NCBI GenBank assembly: GCA_947487165.1
Contig: CANKWX010000011.1
Span: 355-64,354 of the forward strand
Source: Burkholderiales bacterium
GTDB taxonomy: Bacteria > Pseudomonadota > Gammaproteobacteria > Burkholderiales > Burkholderiaceae_E
Direction of reading: 5' to 3'
DNA: 64,000 nt
A program made the position numbers and the translations under genes. Shown here piece after piece: positions 1 through 12,291 of this stretch (its first letter is position 1; each line of letters starts with the position of its first letter). The notes under the pieces are model-generated. The model searched no databases and had not been told where the DNA came from. It saw nothing but the letters and a program-made list of their open reading frames with translations.

Positions 1-225
1 ACTTTTTCCGGCGCTGCCGGGCTCAGGCAGGCCGAGGGGCTCGGACTGTCCTTGTCGGGACAGCTGACATTCTATCGTTGCTTGTGGCGAGACCCTTGCG
101 CCAGGGTGGGTCGACGAATCTCGTGCCGATCGGCCACGGTCTGTCATAGTCGTGAAACTGTTCGCTGTAGCGGTTGTCCGCTGACTTGCGTGTCTCCCCT
201 TTCAAGCGCCGCGCCGGAAATCCGA

Positions 226-1632
226 ATGAGCCCTCTCCATCAACTGTCAGCCCACGAATTGTCAGCCGCCTATGCCACCGGGGCGCTTTCGCCGGTCGAG
301 GTCGCTCAAGCGGTGCTCGAGCGCATCGATGCCTGCGAACCCCAGCTCAATGCGATGTACCGGATTCACCGCGAGTCGGCGCTCGAGCAGGCGCATCAAT
401 CGCTCGTACGCTGGCGCGACCGCCTCCCGCTGTCGCCGATCGACGGCGTGCCGGTGACGCTCAAGGAGAACCTCCCTACCCGCGGTGATCCGGCACCAAT
501 CGGCACCTTGGCCGGCGATCGCACGCCCAAGGATCATGATTCGCCGGTGCCATCGCGTCTGCGCGAGGCCGGCGCGGTGCTGATCGGCAAGACCACGATG
601 CCGGATCTGGGCATGCTCTCGTCGGGGCGCTCGTCCTTTCACGGCACCACCCGCAATCCCTGGCGCCTCGATCTCAACCCGGCGGGCTCCTCGTCGGGCG
701 CCGGTGCGGCCGCGGCGGCGGCCTATGGCCCGCTGCATGTGGGTACCGACATCGGCGGATCGGTGCGTCTGCCCGCCAATCACTGCGGCATCTTCGGGCT
801 CAAGCCGAGCTTCGGTCGCGTGCCGATCGATCCGCCCTATCTCGGTCGCGTGGCCGGCCCCATGACCCGCAGCGTGCGCGATTCGGCGATGCTGATGTCG
901 GTGATCGCCGGCGCCGACCGGCGCGACTGGATGAGCCTGCCGCATCAGCCGATCGATTACGCGGCCCAACTCGAGGGGCTTGCGGCGCGGGGCTTGCGTA
1001 TCGGCCTGATCACCGACATGAAGGCCGGTCTGCCGGTCGATCCGCAGGTCAGTGCCGGCCTGGCGTCAGCCGCCCGCGCGCTCGAGTCCGCCGGCGCCGT
1101 CGTCGAGCCGCTCGCCTCGTTTCTCACGCCGCAGATGCTCGACGGCGTGTGCGGGTTCTTCGAAGCCCGATCCAATCTAGAGGTGGCTGCCATGAGCGCC
1201 GCCCAGCGCGAGTCAGTCCTGCCATTCATCCTCGAGTGGTCGAGCTGGCGTGCCGACGGCTTCAGTGGCCGAGAGGTGATGGCCGCTTACATGCAGATCA
1301 TGGCGATGCGTGAAGCCGCGGTGCGGGCGGTCGCCGAGTTCGATTTTGTGCTGTCTGCGACGGCTCCGGTGCTGGCCTATCCGGCCGAACACCACAGCCC
1401 GAACAACGATCCGCGCAATGCGCTCGCCCACATTGCCTTTACCGTGGCCTACAACATGAGCGAGCAGCCGGCGGCGTCGATCAACTGGCAGGCCTCAAGC
1501 GAGGGGCTGCCGATCGGGGTGCAGATCATCGGGCAGCGCTTCGATGACCTCGGGGTGCTCAGGCTCGGTCGTTTGCTCGAAACCCTGCGCCCGGCGCAAC
1601 TGGCCTGGCCCGAACCGGTTCGGCTTGCCTGA
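226..1632 (+). CDS. Amidase-signature family amidase (GatA-like)
   Basis: In-frame ATG at 226 inside ORF 52-1632 (MSPLHQLSAHELSAAY...). AS-family motifs GTDIGGSVRLPA and AGSSSGAGAAAAA are present. The 58 upstream codons look non-protein-like. Confidence 0.85.
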   Translation: MSPLHQLSAHELSAAYATGALSPVEVAQAVLERIDACEPQLNAMYRIHRESALEQAHQSLVRWRDRLPLSPIDGVPVTLKENLPTRGDPAPIGTLAGDRTPKDHDSPVPSRLREAGAVLIGKTTMPDLGMLSSGRSSFHGTTRNPWRLDLNPAGSSSGAGAAAAAAYGPLHVGTDIGGSVRLPANHCGIFGLKPSFGRVPIDPPYLGRVAGPMTRSVRDSAMLMSVIAGADRRDWMSLPHQPIDYAAQLEGLAARGLRIGLITDMKAGLPVDPQVSAGLASAARALESAGAVVEPLASFLTPQMLDGVCGFFEARSNLEVAAMSAAQRESVLPFILEWSSWRADGFSGREVMAAYMQIMAMREAAVRAVAEFDFVLSATAPVLAYPAEHHSPNNDPRNALAHIAFTVAYNMSEQPAASINWQASSEGLPIGVQIIGQRFDDLGVLRLGRLLETLRPAQLAWPEPVRLA

Positions 1633-1658
1633 GCCGGGCGTGTCCGGCCCAGTCTGAA

Positions 1659-2153
1659 TCAGGCTGCAGGGCGCCTGGCGTACATGCCGAAGCCCTTGAG
1701 TGTCATGACGGTCGTGCCTTCCTGGTTCACCACCTCTTCCAGGAACTGAACCATCCCGCGGTCGGGTTTCGACTGCGATGGGCGCGCATCCATGACACTC
1801 ACCCGCAGCCGCAGTCGGTCACCCGGTCGCACCGGACGCAACCAGCGCAGTTCGTCGATACCCGGAGAGCCCATGCTCGAGCGAGGCGAGATGTAGTGAT
1901 CGACCATCATGCGCATGGCGACGCTGGCGGTCATCCAGCCGCTGGCGATCAGGCCGCCGTAGATCGAATCGGCGGCAGCGGTCTGATCGAGGTGAAAAGG
2001 CTGCGGATCGTATTGGGCTGCGAAGGCCAGGATGTCGGCCTCACTGATCGGATAATCCCCGAATTCGGCGATTTCGCCGACCGGATAGTCCTCGAAGTAA
2101 CGTTCCTTGAAAGGGACGGGGGTGGGTGGTACGACATTCGACAAGGCAGTCAC
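1659..2153 (-). CDS. MaoC-like hotdog-fold enoyl-CoA hydratase/dehydratase
   Basis: 164-aa ORF with a GTG start. MaoC-type region YDPQPFHLD...IYGGLIASGW. Confidence 0.8.
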   Translation of the reverse strand: MTALSNVVPPTPVPFKERYFEDYPVGEIAEFGDYPISEADILAFAAQYDPQPFHLDQTAAADSIYGGLIASGWMTASVAMRMMVDHYISPRSSMGSPGIDELRWLRPVRPGDRLRLRVSVMDARPSQSKPDRGMVQFLEEVVNQEGTTVMTLKGFGMYARRPAA

Positions 2154-2242
2154 TCCAAAGGATCAGCCATACAATACCGGCGCTTGCCGAACACGGCAAC
2201 GCAGCGACAACGGCCACACGCGACCGTCACAAGCGAGACAAG

Positions 2243-2872
2243 ATGAGTCAGAGCATGCGCAGAATGATTTTCTGGTTCGAATACGGCAGCACCTACAGCT
2301 ATCTGACGGTGGCCCGCATCGATGCCCTCGCCGCGCAAGCCGGCGTGGTCGTCGACTGGCGGCCCTTCCTGCTCGGGCCGCTGCTCAAGGATCGCGGCAT
2401 GGCACAGGGCCCCTTCCTGGGCAATCCGCCCAAGCTCGACTACATGTGGCGCGATCTGTCGCGCCGGGCGCAGGCCTATGACCTGCCCTATCGCAAGCCT
2501 TCAGTCTATCCGCCCAATACCCTGCTGACCGCCCGCATCGGCACGCTGGCTGCCATGCAGGGCTGGTGTGATGCCTTCACCCGCGAAGTGTTCCGTCTGC
2601 ACTGGACCGAAGACATCGCCATCGGCACCGATGACAACCTGCGCCGTGCCCTCACCACGGTGGGCCGCAATCCTGAAGAAGTGATGGTGACCGCGCAGTC
2701 GGATGCCAACAAGCAGCTGCTTCGGGCGGCCACCGATGCGGCCGAGGCGATGGGACTTTTCGGATCACCGTCGTTCACGATTGGCGATGAGCTCTTCTGG
2801 GGCGATGACCGACTCGAGGATGCGCTCGCGTTTGCGCAGTCGCCTGGCCGCGCCGTGGCAGGCCAGGCTTAG
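2243..2872 (+). CDS. 2-hydroxychromene-2-carboxylate isomerase family protein (DsbA-like fold)
   Basis: ATG at 2243 inside ORF 2126-2872. N-terminal IFWFEYGSTYSYL and C-terminal GSPSFTIGDELFWGDDRLE are typical of this family. Confidence 0.75.
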   Translation: MSQSMRRMIFWFEYGSTYSYLTVARIDALAAQAGVVVDWRPFLLGPLLKDRGMAQGPFLGNPPKLDYMWRDLSRRAQAYDLPYRKPSVYPPNTLLTARIGTLAAMQGWCDAFTREVFRLHWTEDIAIGTDDNLRRALTTVGRNPEEVMVTAQSDANKQLLRAATDAAEAMGLFGSPSFTIGDELFWGDDRLEDALAFAQSPGRAVAGQA

Positions 2873-2899
2873 TCCAGCCCCCTTGCGGACTCGACGCAA

Positions 2900-3694
2900 A
2901 TGAGCGATCTGTTCCGCCTTTTTCTCCTGTCGGATCATCTTGTTCCGGCTGCGCTGCTGGTGCTGATGCTCTTGATGGTCGAGGTCGGATGGCGCCTCGG
3001 TCATCGGGCCAGGGCACGAGGCAGCGAGTCGGTGAGCGAAGGGACGTCGACCGCCACGGTCGCGATTTTCGGGCTGCTGTCGCTGATGCTGGCGTTCACG
3101 TTTTCGGACGCCGCCCAGCGTTACGACAAGCGTCGCGACCTGATCATCCGGGAGGCGCAGACCATCAGCACGGTCTACCAGTCGGTCGGTCTGCTCAAGG
3201 AGACTGACCAGCCTGCGCTGCGCTCGATGCTCAAGGAATACCTCGATCTGCGGATCACGATGTATGTCCGACCGATCGATCCGGAGAAGATCGAGGTGCA
3301 GTTTGCGGCTCGCAACAAACTTGAATCCGCGATCTGGGATGGGGCCCGTGTGTCGGTGAAAGCCACGCCGTTTCCGGACAACCTGGTCGCAGCCAGGATT
3401 CTCGATTCAATCTCGACCATGATCGATGCAGCCGATTCGCAGTATCAGGCGCAATACATGCGTCCGCCGACGGCGATCGTGGGTTTTCTCTTCGTCCTGA
3501 CGCTGATCGGTGCCTTGCTGGCCGGCTACGTCATGGGCATCGAAACCAGCCGAGACTGGTTCCTCGCCGTGCTCTATGCCCTGCTGATGAGCTTCAGCTT
3601 TGCGATCATCCTCGATCTCGACTATCCGCGAATCGGCATGATCAATCTCGATCAGTCTGAAAAGGCACTGATCGTGATCCGCCAGGGCATGTGA
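2900..3694 (+). CDS. Integral membrane protein of unknown function (DUF4239-like)
   Basis: 264-aa ORF with an ATG start, hydrophobic N- and C-terminal segments and codon usage like its neighbours. The family assignment is tentative. Confidence 0.6.
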   Translation: MSDLFRLFLLSDHLVPAALLVLMLLMVEVGWRLGHRARARGSESVSEGTSTATVAIFGLLSLMLAFTFSDAAQRYDKRRDLIIREAQTISTVYQSVGLLKETDQPALRSMLKEYLDLRITMYVRPIDPEKIEVQFAARNKLESAIWDGARVSVKATPFPDNLVAARILDSISTMIDAADSQYQAQYMRPPTAIVGFLFVLTLIGALLAGYVMGIETSRDWFLAVLYALLMSFSFAIILDLDYPRIGMINLDQSEKALIVIRQGM

Positions 3695-3724
3695 GCGGGT
3701 CGACAGATCGATCGACAGGACCTC

Positions 3725-4099
3725 ATGATGCGGATCGATAAATGGCTCTGGGCGGCACGATTTTTCAAGACCCGCGGGCTGGCTCAGGATGCGATCGACA
3801 ACGGGCGTGTGCTGGTCGAGGATGAGCGCATCAAGGCCGCCCGAAACCTCAGAGTGGGCGAGCGCGTGTCAGTGCGCATCGAAGCGACAGTGCGTCAGGT
3901 CGTGGTGCGCGAGCTGAGCGAGCAGCGCGGCCCGGCACCGGTTGCGCAGCGCCTGTACGAAGAAACCCCCGAGAGCATCGTCGCCCGCGAGGCCGCCCGC
4001 GAGCAGCGCGCACTGATGGGTGAGCCAGCGCGGGCCATCCATGGGCGCCCGACCAAGCGCGACCGGCGGGCCATCGAACGGGCGCGCGGCGGGGACTGA
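3725..4099 (+). CDS. hslR: Heat shock protein 15, S4-domain RNA-binding protein
   Basis: N-terminal MRIDKWLWAARFFKTRGLAQDAI matches the HslR/Hsp15 S4 domain. Basic C-terminal tail. Confidence 0.8.
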   Translation: MMRIDKWLWAARFFKTRGLAQDAIDNGRVLVEDERIKAARNLRVGERVSVRIEATVRQVVVRELSEQRGPAPVAQRLYEETPESIVAREAAREQRALMGEPARAIHGRPTKRDRRAIERARGGD

Positions 4100-4137
4100 C
4101 CTGCGGGAACTGATGTATGGGAACTGAGCGGCCGGGC

Positions 4138-5685
4138 TCAGGCCAGACCGCTGGGGGCCCGTTCGGTGGCCGACTTGTGCAGCTTGAGCGTCATGCGAAG
4201 GCCCTGCGGCTGCATCGTCATGCCCATCTGTTCGCTCACCGGGTCACTCGTGGCCTGCAGCTCGAAGGCGGCCAGCGTGGTGGCGAGGACCATCTTGGCC
4301 TCGAGTAGCGCCAGATACCGGCCCGGGCAAAAGCGCGGGCCGCCGCCAAATGGCATGAAGGCGCGCCGCCCGCCGCCGCTGATGCCTGCCTGCGCCTGAG
4401 CGCTTTGCGAGCCTGCGCCGCTGGCTGCGGCGGCCCCGGCCAGCCAGCGCTGCGGCTGGAAATCATTGGCGCGAGGAAAGAAGCTTTCGCTGGTCGATGG
4501 CGGCCGCTTGAGGATGCACACCATCGTGCGCGCCGGAATGCGCGTGCCCAGCAGCTGGGTGTCGCGTATCGCGGTGAACATGTTCAGAGGCGCCACCGGC
4601 TTGAGGCGCAGCGACTCGAGCACGATGCCCTCGATCAGCGGCAGCTCGCGAGTGCTGTCGAAGTCGCGCAGCGCCATCCTGCGCGTACCCCTGGCGGTGG
4701 GAGGGCTTTCGGCGCTCAGGGCCTCGATGGCCTCGGTGCGTGCGGCCTTCAGTACGTCCGGATTGAGCGACAGCAGGTGCAGCGCCCAGGCGATGGTGTT
4801 GGCGGTCGTGTCTTCGCCGGCAAGCAGCAGGGTCATCACGTTGCCGTGCAGTTCGTCATCGGACAGACGCGCGTCTTCGTTGGCGGCGAGCAGCGCCTGC
4901 AGCAGATTCTGAGGAGATTCGCGCAATTCGGGCTGGCGCTTCATCGCCGCCCGGGTGTTGTCGATGAAGCCGTGCACCGCCTTGCCGGCCGAGGCCAGCG
5001 ACCGGTCGATCCTGCGGTCGGCGGGTGTGCGCAGCCAGCGCCAGGTTGGCCAGATCGCGTTGATGCGCCGGGCGATGCCTGTGAAGATCGTGTCGAGATG
5101 GTGCTGCAGCGGATCGGCTTGTTCGCGAGACAGGGTGGTGACGTCGGTGCCGAAAGCGAGCGAGCAGGTCACATCGACGGTGTAGCGGGTCAGATCGGCG
5201 CGCACGTCGACCGGCGCACCGGCTGCGGCTGCGGCCAGCCAGCGGGCATGCAGTCGCTCGGTGGCGGTGACGATGACCGGGAAGAACTGCCGCAGATGGG
5301 CCGGGTCGAGCGCGCGCATCACCAGCGGACGCTGCCGTCGCCAGTCGTCGCCCTCGGCCGAAAACAGCCCATCGATGCCCATCTCGCGAAAGATCGGACG
5401 CACCGCGAAGTGCCGACGAAAGTCATGCGGGCGCTCGCGCAGCACGCTCATCATGGCATCCGGTTCGGAGATCACAACGATCGGCAGGGGGCCGAGTTTG
5501 ACGCGATAGATCTGGCCATATTCACGGGCCCACTGTTCAAGCAGCAGGTGGGCGCGCGAGGCATCCCAGCGATGCAGCGAGCCGATCAGGGGCAGGCCCC
5601 GCGGCCCGGGCAGCGATGCCGGGTCTGCGAGCGGGCCGGCGGGAGCCGATGCGCCTGCCGAACTGGAGGGGGCGGGTGATTGCAC
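4138..5685 (-). CDS. Cytochrome P450
   Basis: Heme-thiolate loop FGGGPRFCPGRYLA, I-helix LLAGEDTTAN and K-helix ESLRL. GTG start at 5685. Confidence 0.88.
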   Translation of the reverse strand: MQSPAPSSSAGASAPAGPLADPASLPGPRGLPLIGSLHRWDASRAHLLLEQWAREYGQIYRVKLGPLPIVVISEPDAMMSVLRERPHDFRRHFAVRPIFREMGIDGLFSAEGDDWRRQRPLVMRALDPAHLRQFFPVIVTATERLHARWLAAAAAGAPVDVRADLTRYTVDVTCSLAFGTDVTTLSREQADPLQHHLDTIFTGIARRINAIWPTWRWLRTPADRRIDRSLASAGKAVHGFIDNTRAAMKRQPELRESPQNLLQALLAANEDARLSDDELHGNVMTLLLAGEDTTANTIAWALHLLSLNPDVLKAARTEAIEALSAESPPTARGTRRMALRDFDSTRELPLIEGIVLESLRLKPVAPLNMFTAIRDTQLLGTRIPARTMVCILKRPPSTSESFFPRANDFQPQRWLAGAAAASGAGSQSAQAQAGISGGGRRAFMPFGGGPRFCPGRYLALLEAKMVLATTLAAFELQATSDPVSEQMGMTMQPQGLRMTLKLHKSATERAPSGLA

Positions 5686-5919
5686 GATTGTCCGGGAGAA
5701 GAGAGTCAGGATGCCACCAGTAGGATGCCGCCATTGTGCTACGGACCGCCGGTCTGTTGCGCACCAGACTGGAACCGCCCGGCTGAAGGTCGTGGTTCAA
5801 TAGACCCGTGGAGCAGCGGGGCTGCGTGTATCGAGACAGCCCGTCGCGCCTTGCGTGCGACTGCCCCGCTTCCTTGTTCGCTGCCTTTGATGCGCCTTCC
5901 TGTTGCGCTTTCCTTGTCG

Positions 5920-7080
5920 ATGAATGTCACCGTGCCGCCCGAGCGTCATCCCGATTCACCGCCGGATCAGCCTGTGCGCACCCTCGTGGCGCGAGCCGAC
6001 CACACGGCGGTCACGCTCGATCAGACCCGGCTGCCTTTCGATCGGGTCGAGCTCGTGCTGCGACACGCCGCCGATTGCGCCAATGCGATTGCGTCGATGC
6101 AAGTCAGAGGAGCTCCGCTGATCGGCGCGGTGGCCGCCTTCGGCCTGGCACTGTCGCTGCGCGAGTCGTCAGACGATGCTGCGCTTGATGCCGCGTACGC
6201 CACGCTGCTCGCGACCCGTCCGACCGCGGTCAATCTGCGCTGGGCGCTCGATCGCATCCGCGCCAGGGTCTTCTCGGCATCGCCCGGGCAACGCTGGGCG
6301 ATCGCCTGGCGTGAGGCCTGCGACATCGCCGACGAAGATGTCGCCATCAATCACGCGATCGGCGAGCATGGCGCGACGCATCTGCGTCGCCTGATCGCGC
6401 AGCGCGCGGCGGTGGGCCGGCCGGTTGATGCCCGCACGCCCTTGCAGCTGCTCACCCATTGCAACGCCGGGCGACTGGCCGCGGTGGCGCACGGCACCGC
6501 GCTCGCGCCAATCTATGCCCTGCACCGTGCCGGTGTGCCGCTGCATGTCTGGGTCGACGAAACCCGCCCCCGTAACCAGGGCGCCAGCCTCACTGCCTGG
6601 GAGCTCGCCGACGCCGGTGTGCCGTGCACGGTGGTGGCCGACAACGCCGGCGGTCTGCTGATGCGCCAGGGGCGGGTCGATGCGGTGATCGTCGGTTGCG
6701 ACCGGGTCGCCCGCAATGGCGACGTCGCCAACAAAGTTGGCACCCTGCTCAAGGCACTGGCCGCCCGCGATGCCGGCGTGCCCTTCTGGGTCGCCTGTCC
6801 GAGCCCGACCATCGACCCCGCTTCGCCCGATGGCGACGCCATCGAGATCGAGACCCGCAGTGCGCGCGAACTCACCCACATCACCGGACGGGCGGCCGAC
6901 GGTCGCCTGTGCGAGGTCCAGCTGGTCCCCGACGGTGTGGCCGGCTTCAATCCGGCTTTCGACCTCACGCCGGCAAGGCTGGTCGACGGGCTGCTGACCG
7001 AGCACGGCATGGTAGCGGCCAGCAATGCCGGCGTTGCCGCGGTGCTGACTGCGTTGGCGTCATCCAGGGCGTCGCCATGA
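5920..7080 (+). CDS. mtnA: S-methyl-5-thioribose-1-phosphate isomerase
   Basis: ORF 5680-7080. VTLDQTRLPF..., THCNAG and VGCDRVARNGDVANKVGT are eIF2B/MtnA family hallmarks. The ATG at 5920 gives the usual N-terminus; ATG 5890 is an alternative. Confidence 0.85.
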   Translation: MNVTVPPERHPDSPPDQPVRTLVARADHTAVTLDQTRLPFDRVELVLRHAADCANAIASMQVRGAPLIGAVAAFGLALSLRESSDDAALDAAYATLLATRPTAVNLRWALDRIRARVFSASPGQRWAIAWREACDIADEDVAINHAIGEHGATHLRRLIAQRAAVGRPVDARTPLQLLTHCNAGRLAAVAHGTALAPIYALHRAGVPLHVWVDETRPRNQGASLTAWELADAGVPCTVVADNAGGLLMRQGRVDAVIVGCDRVARNGDVANKVGTLLKALAARDAGVPFWVACPSPTIDPASPDGDAIEIETRSARELTHITGRAADGRLCEVQLVPDGVAGFNPAFDLTPARLVDGLLTEHGMVAASNAGVAAVLTALASSRASP

Positions 7081-7742
7081 CTGAAGATCAGGCCCGTCAG
7101 GCCATCATCGACCTTGCTCGTTCGATGACCGGGCATGGCATCAACCACGGCAGCGCCGGCAATGTCTCGATGCGCTGGCATCGTGGCGGTGGCGACGGCT
7201 TTCTGGTCACCCCCAGCGCGCTGCCCTACGACCAGTGCACGCTCGACGACATCGTCTGGATGTCGTTGGCGGCCAGCGAGCCGGTGATCGATGGTCGGCG
7301 TCGTCCTTCATCCGAATGGCGTTTTCATCACGACCTTTACGCGCATCGCGCCGACGCGCAGGCGATCGTACATACCCATGCGCCGCACTGCGCTGCGCTG
7401 GCCTGCCTGCCGCGCATCCAGCGCGAAGGCATCCCTGCCTTCCATTACATGGTCGCGCTGGCCGGAGGCCACGACATCCGCTGCGCGCCGTATGCCACCT
7501 TCGGCACCCAGGCCCTGTCCGACCATGTGCTGGCGGCGATGACCGATCGGCGGGCGTGTCTGATGGCCCATCACGGCATGCTCGCGATCGGCGCCTCGCT
7601 TGACGCAGCGCTCGCGCTCGCGATCGAACTCGAGTGGCTCGCCGCAACCTATGCCCAGACCCTCCAGCTTGGTGGCCCGGCGCTGCTGAGCGCGCAGGAA
7701 ATGGATCGGGTGCTCGAGAAGTTTTCGTCTTATCGTCCCTGA
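7077..7742 (+). CDS. Class II aldolase/adducin family protein, FucA-like (MtnB-type dehydratase or Ald2-type aldolase)
   Basis: ATG 7077 overlaps the mtnA TGA (ATGA). GSAGNVS, PSSEWRFH, VHTHAPH, IPAFHYM and APYATFGT closely resemble E. coli FucA. Confidence 0.85.
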   Translation: MTEDQARQAIIDLARSMTGHGINHGSAGNVSMRWHRGGGDGFLVTPSALPYDQCTLDDIVWMSLAASEPVIDGRRRPSSEWRFHHDLYAHRADAQAIVHTHAPHCAALACLPRIQREGIPAFHYMVALAGGHDIRCAPYATFGTQALSDHVLAAMTDRRACLMAHHGMLAIGASLDAALALAIELEWLAATYAQTLQLGGPALLSAQEMDRVLEKFSSYRP

Positions 7743-7760
7743 CCTGTCCCTGAATTGCCC

Positions 7761-8604
7761 ATGACCCCGCGAATCGCAGCGCTTTACACCTATCCGATCA
7801 AATCCTGTGCCGGCATTTCGGCCGACACGATGCGCTTCGATGCCCTTGGCCCGGTCGACGATCGACGCTGGATGCTGGTCGACGAGCACGACGACTTCAT
7901 TACCCAGCGCGATCAGCCCAAACTCGCGCTGGTGCGCACCGCCCGCATCGATGGCGGACTGCGCGTCTTTGCACCCGGGATGCCCTTCCTGCAGGTCTCG
8001 GGCGTCGGCGGCACCTGGCGTGCCACCAGCTGCTGGGATGACCGCTGCGCCGGGTTCGACGAGGGCATCGAGGCGCGGGCCTGGTTCAGCGACTACCTCG
8101 GCCGCAAGGTGCGGCTGCTGCGCTTCGATGCCGACAACCCGCGTGCGGCCAATCCCAACTGGACCGGCGATGCCACCGGCAAGCCGGGCGCGCTCACACG
8201 CTTCAGCGACGGCTTTCCGCTGCTGGTGATCTCAAGCGCGTCGCTTGCCGATCTCGATCGCCGGCTGGTCGAGGCCGGTCTGCCGCCCGCGCCTCATCAG
8301 CGCTTTCGACCGAACATCGTGATCGATGGCCTCGCGCCCTTCGAGGAGGATTACGCGGCCGAGATCACGGTCGGCAGTACGGGCGAGGTGCCGGTGACGC
8401 TGCGCCCGGTCAAGCCCTGCACCCGCTGCACCGTGACCGAGGTCGATCCTGCCACCGGACGCCAGCAACCCGGTGTGCTGCAGGTGCTCGCGACGTTTCG
8501 CGCTGACCCAAAGCTCGGTGGTGCGCTCACCTTCGGCCAGAACTGCATCGTGACCGGCGGACTCGACGGGACGCTGCGGGTGGGTGATCCGGTCGAGGTC
8601 GTCC

Positions 8605-8615
<11 letters not shown>
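7761..8615 (+). CDS. MOSC domain-containing protein (beta-barrel N-domain plus MOSC)
   Basis: [14 protein letters not shown] at the N-terminus and the conserved Cys region [12 protein letters not shown] at 7761; the ORF track starts at TTG 7755. Confidence 0.8.
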
Positions 8616-11580
<2,965 letters not shown>

Positions 11581-11663
11581 GGTCAGCCCGCTACTATAGT
11601 TCAAGCCTACTCCGCGCCGACACCTCAGTCCTAGGCGTTTTGGCCGAGCGTCGGACGCGATGG

Positions 11664-11679
11664 CTGGAGTAAGCTACAG
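11664..11679. promoter_or_regulatory. Degenerate SOS (LexA) box candidate in the uvrA-ssb divergent region
   Basis: CTGGAGTAAGCTACAG has one core mismatch against CTGT-N8-ACAG. It is the only such site in the 187-bp intergenic region. Confidence 0.25.
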
Positions 11680-11767
11680 GCCTACTTCGGGCGTCCCTGC
11701 AGCGGCCCCTCCCCATGTTGCTTCAGCGCCTCATCCGCGGCGCTTTCCACCCCAGGAGAACATCAAG

Positions 11768-12289
11768 ATGGCATCGGTGAACAAGGTCATTGTGGTCGGT
11801 AATCTCGGCAAAGACCCCGAGACCCGCTATTCGCCCAACGGCGGCGCCATCTGCAATGCGCGCATCGCCACGACCCGCAACTGGAAAGACAAGGCGAGCG
11901 GCGAAAAGAAAGAAGAAACCGAATGGCATAGCGTGGTCTTTTACGACCGTCTGGCCGAGATTGCCGGTGAGTTCCTGAAAAAGGGCCGGTCGGTCTATGT
12001 CGAGGGTCGACTCAAGACCCGAAAATGGCAGGACAAGGAAGGCCAGGACCGCTACACCACCGAGATCATTGCCTCCGAGATGCAGCTGCTCGGTTCGCGT
12101 GAAGGCATGGGTGGTGGCTCTGCATCCGCCGACGATGGCAACTACAGCCGCGAGTCTTACGCCGGCAGCTCGGGCGGCGGCTCGGGTGGCGGCGCACCGG
12201 CCTCGCGCGGTGGCGGTTCGGCGCCTGCCCGCAAGCCCGCACCGGCACCCGGCGGTTTTGACGCCATGGACGACGACATTCCCTTCTGA
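11768..12289 (+). CDS. ssb: Single-stranded DNA-binding protein
   Basis: [23 protein letters not shown]-fold, Gly-rich linker and acidic tip DDDIPF. Divergent from uvrA, the classical arrangement. Confidence 0.95.
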   Translation: MASVNKVIVVGNLGKDPETRYSPNGGAICNARIATTRNWKDKASGEKKEETEWHSVVFYDRLAEIAGEFLKKGRSVYVEGRLKTRKWQDKEGQDRYTTEIIASEMQLLGSREGMGGGSASADDGNYSRESYAGSSGGGSGGGAPASRGGGSAPARKPAPAPGGFDAMDDDIPF

Positions 12290-12291
12290 GC

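Noticed and set aside
1-225. An open frame continuous with the amidase from position 1 (ORF track start 52), and the 60-aa minus ORF at 23-205.
   Set aside because: The upstream translation (Cys/Arg-rich) is unlike amidase N-termini, while ATG 226 gives a canonical N-terminus. The minus ORF has no support.
5686-5919. Possible SAM or methionine-related riboswitch upstream of mtnA.
   Set aside because: I could not recognise any SAM-I, SAM-II or SAM-SAH core elements or a convincing pseudoknot or terminator by eye. A covariance-model scan would be needed, so I make no claim.
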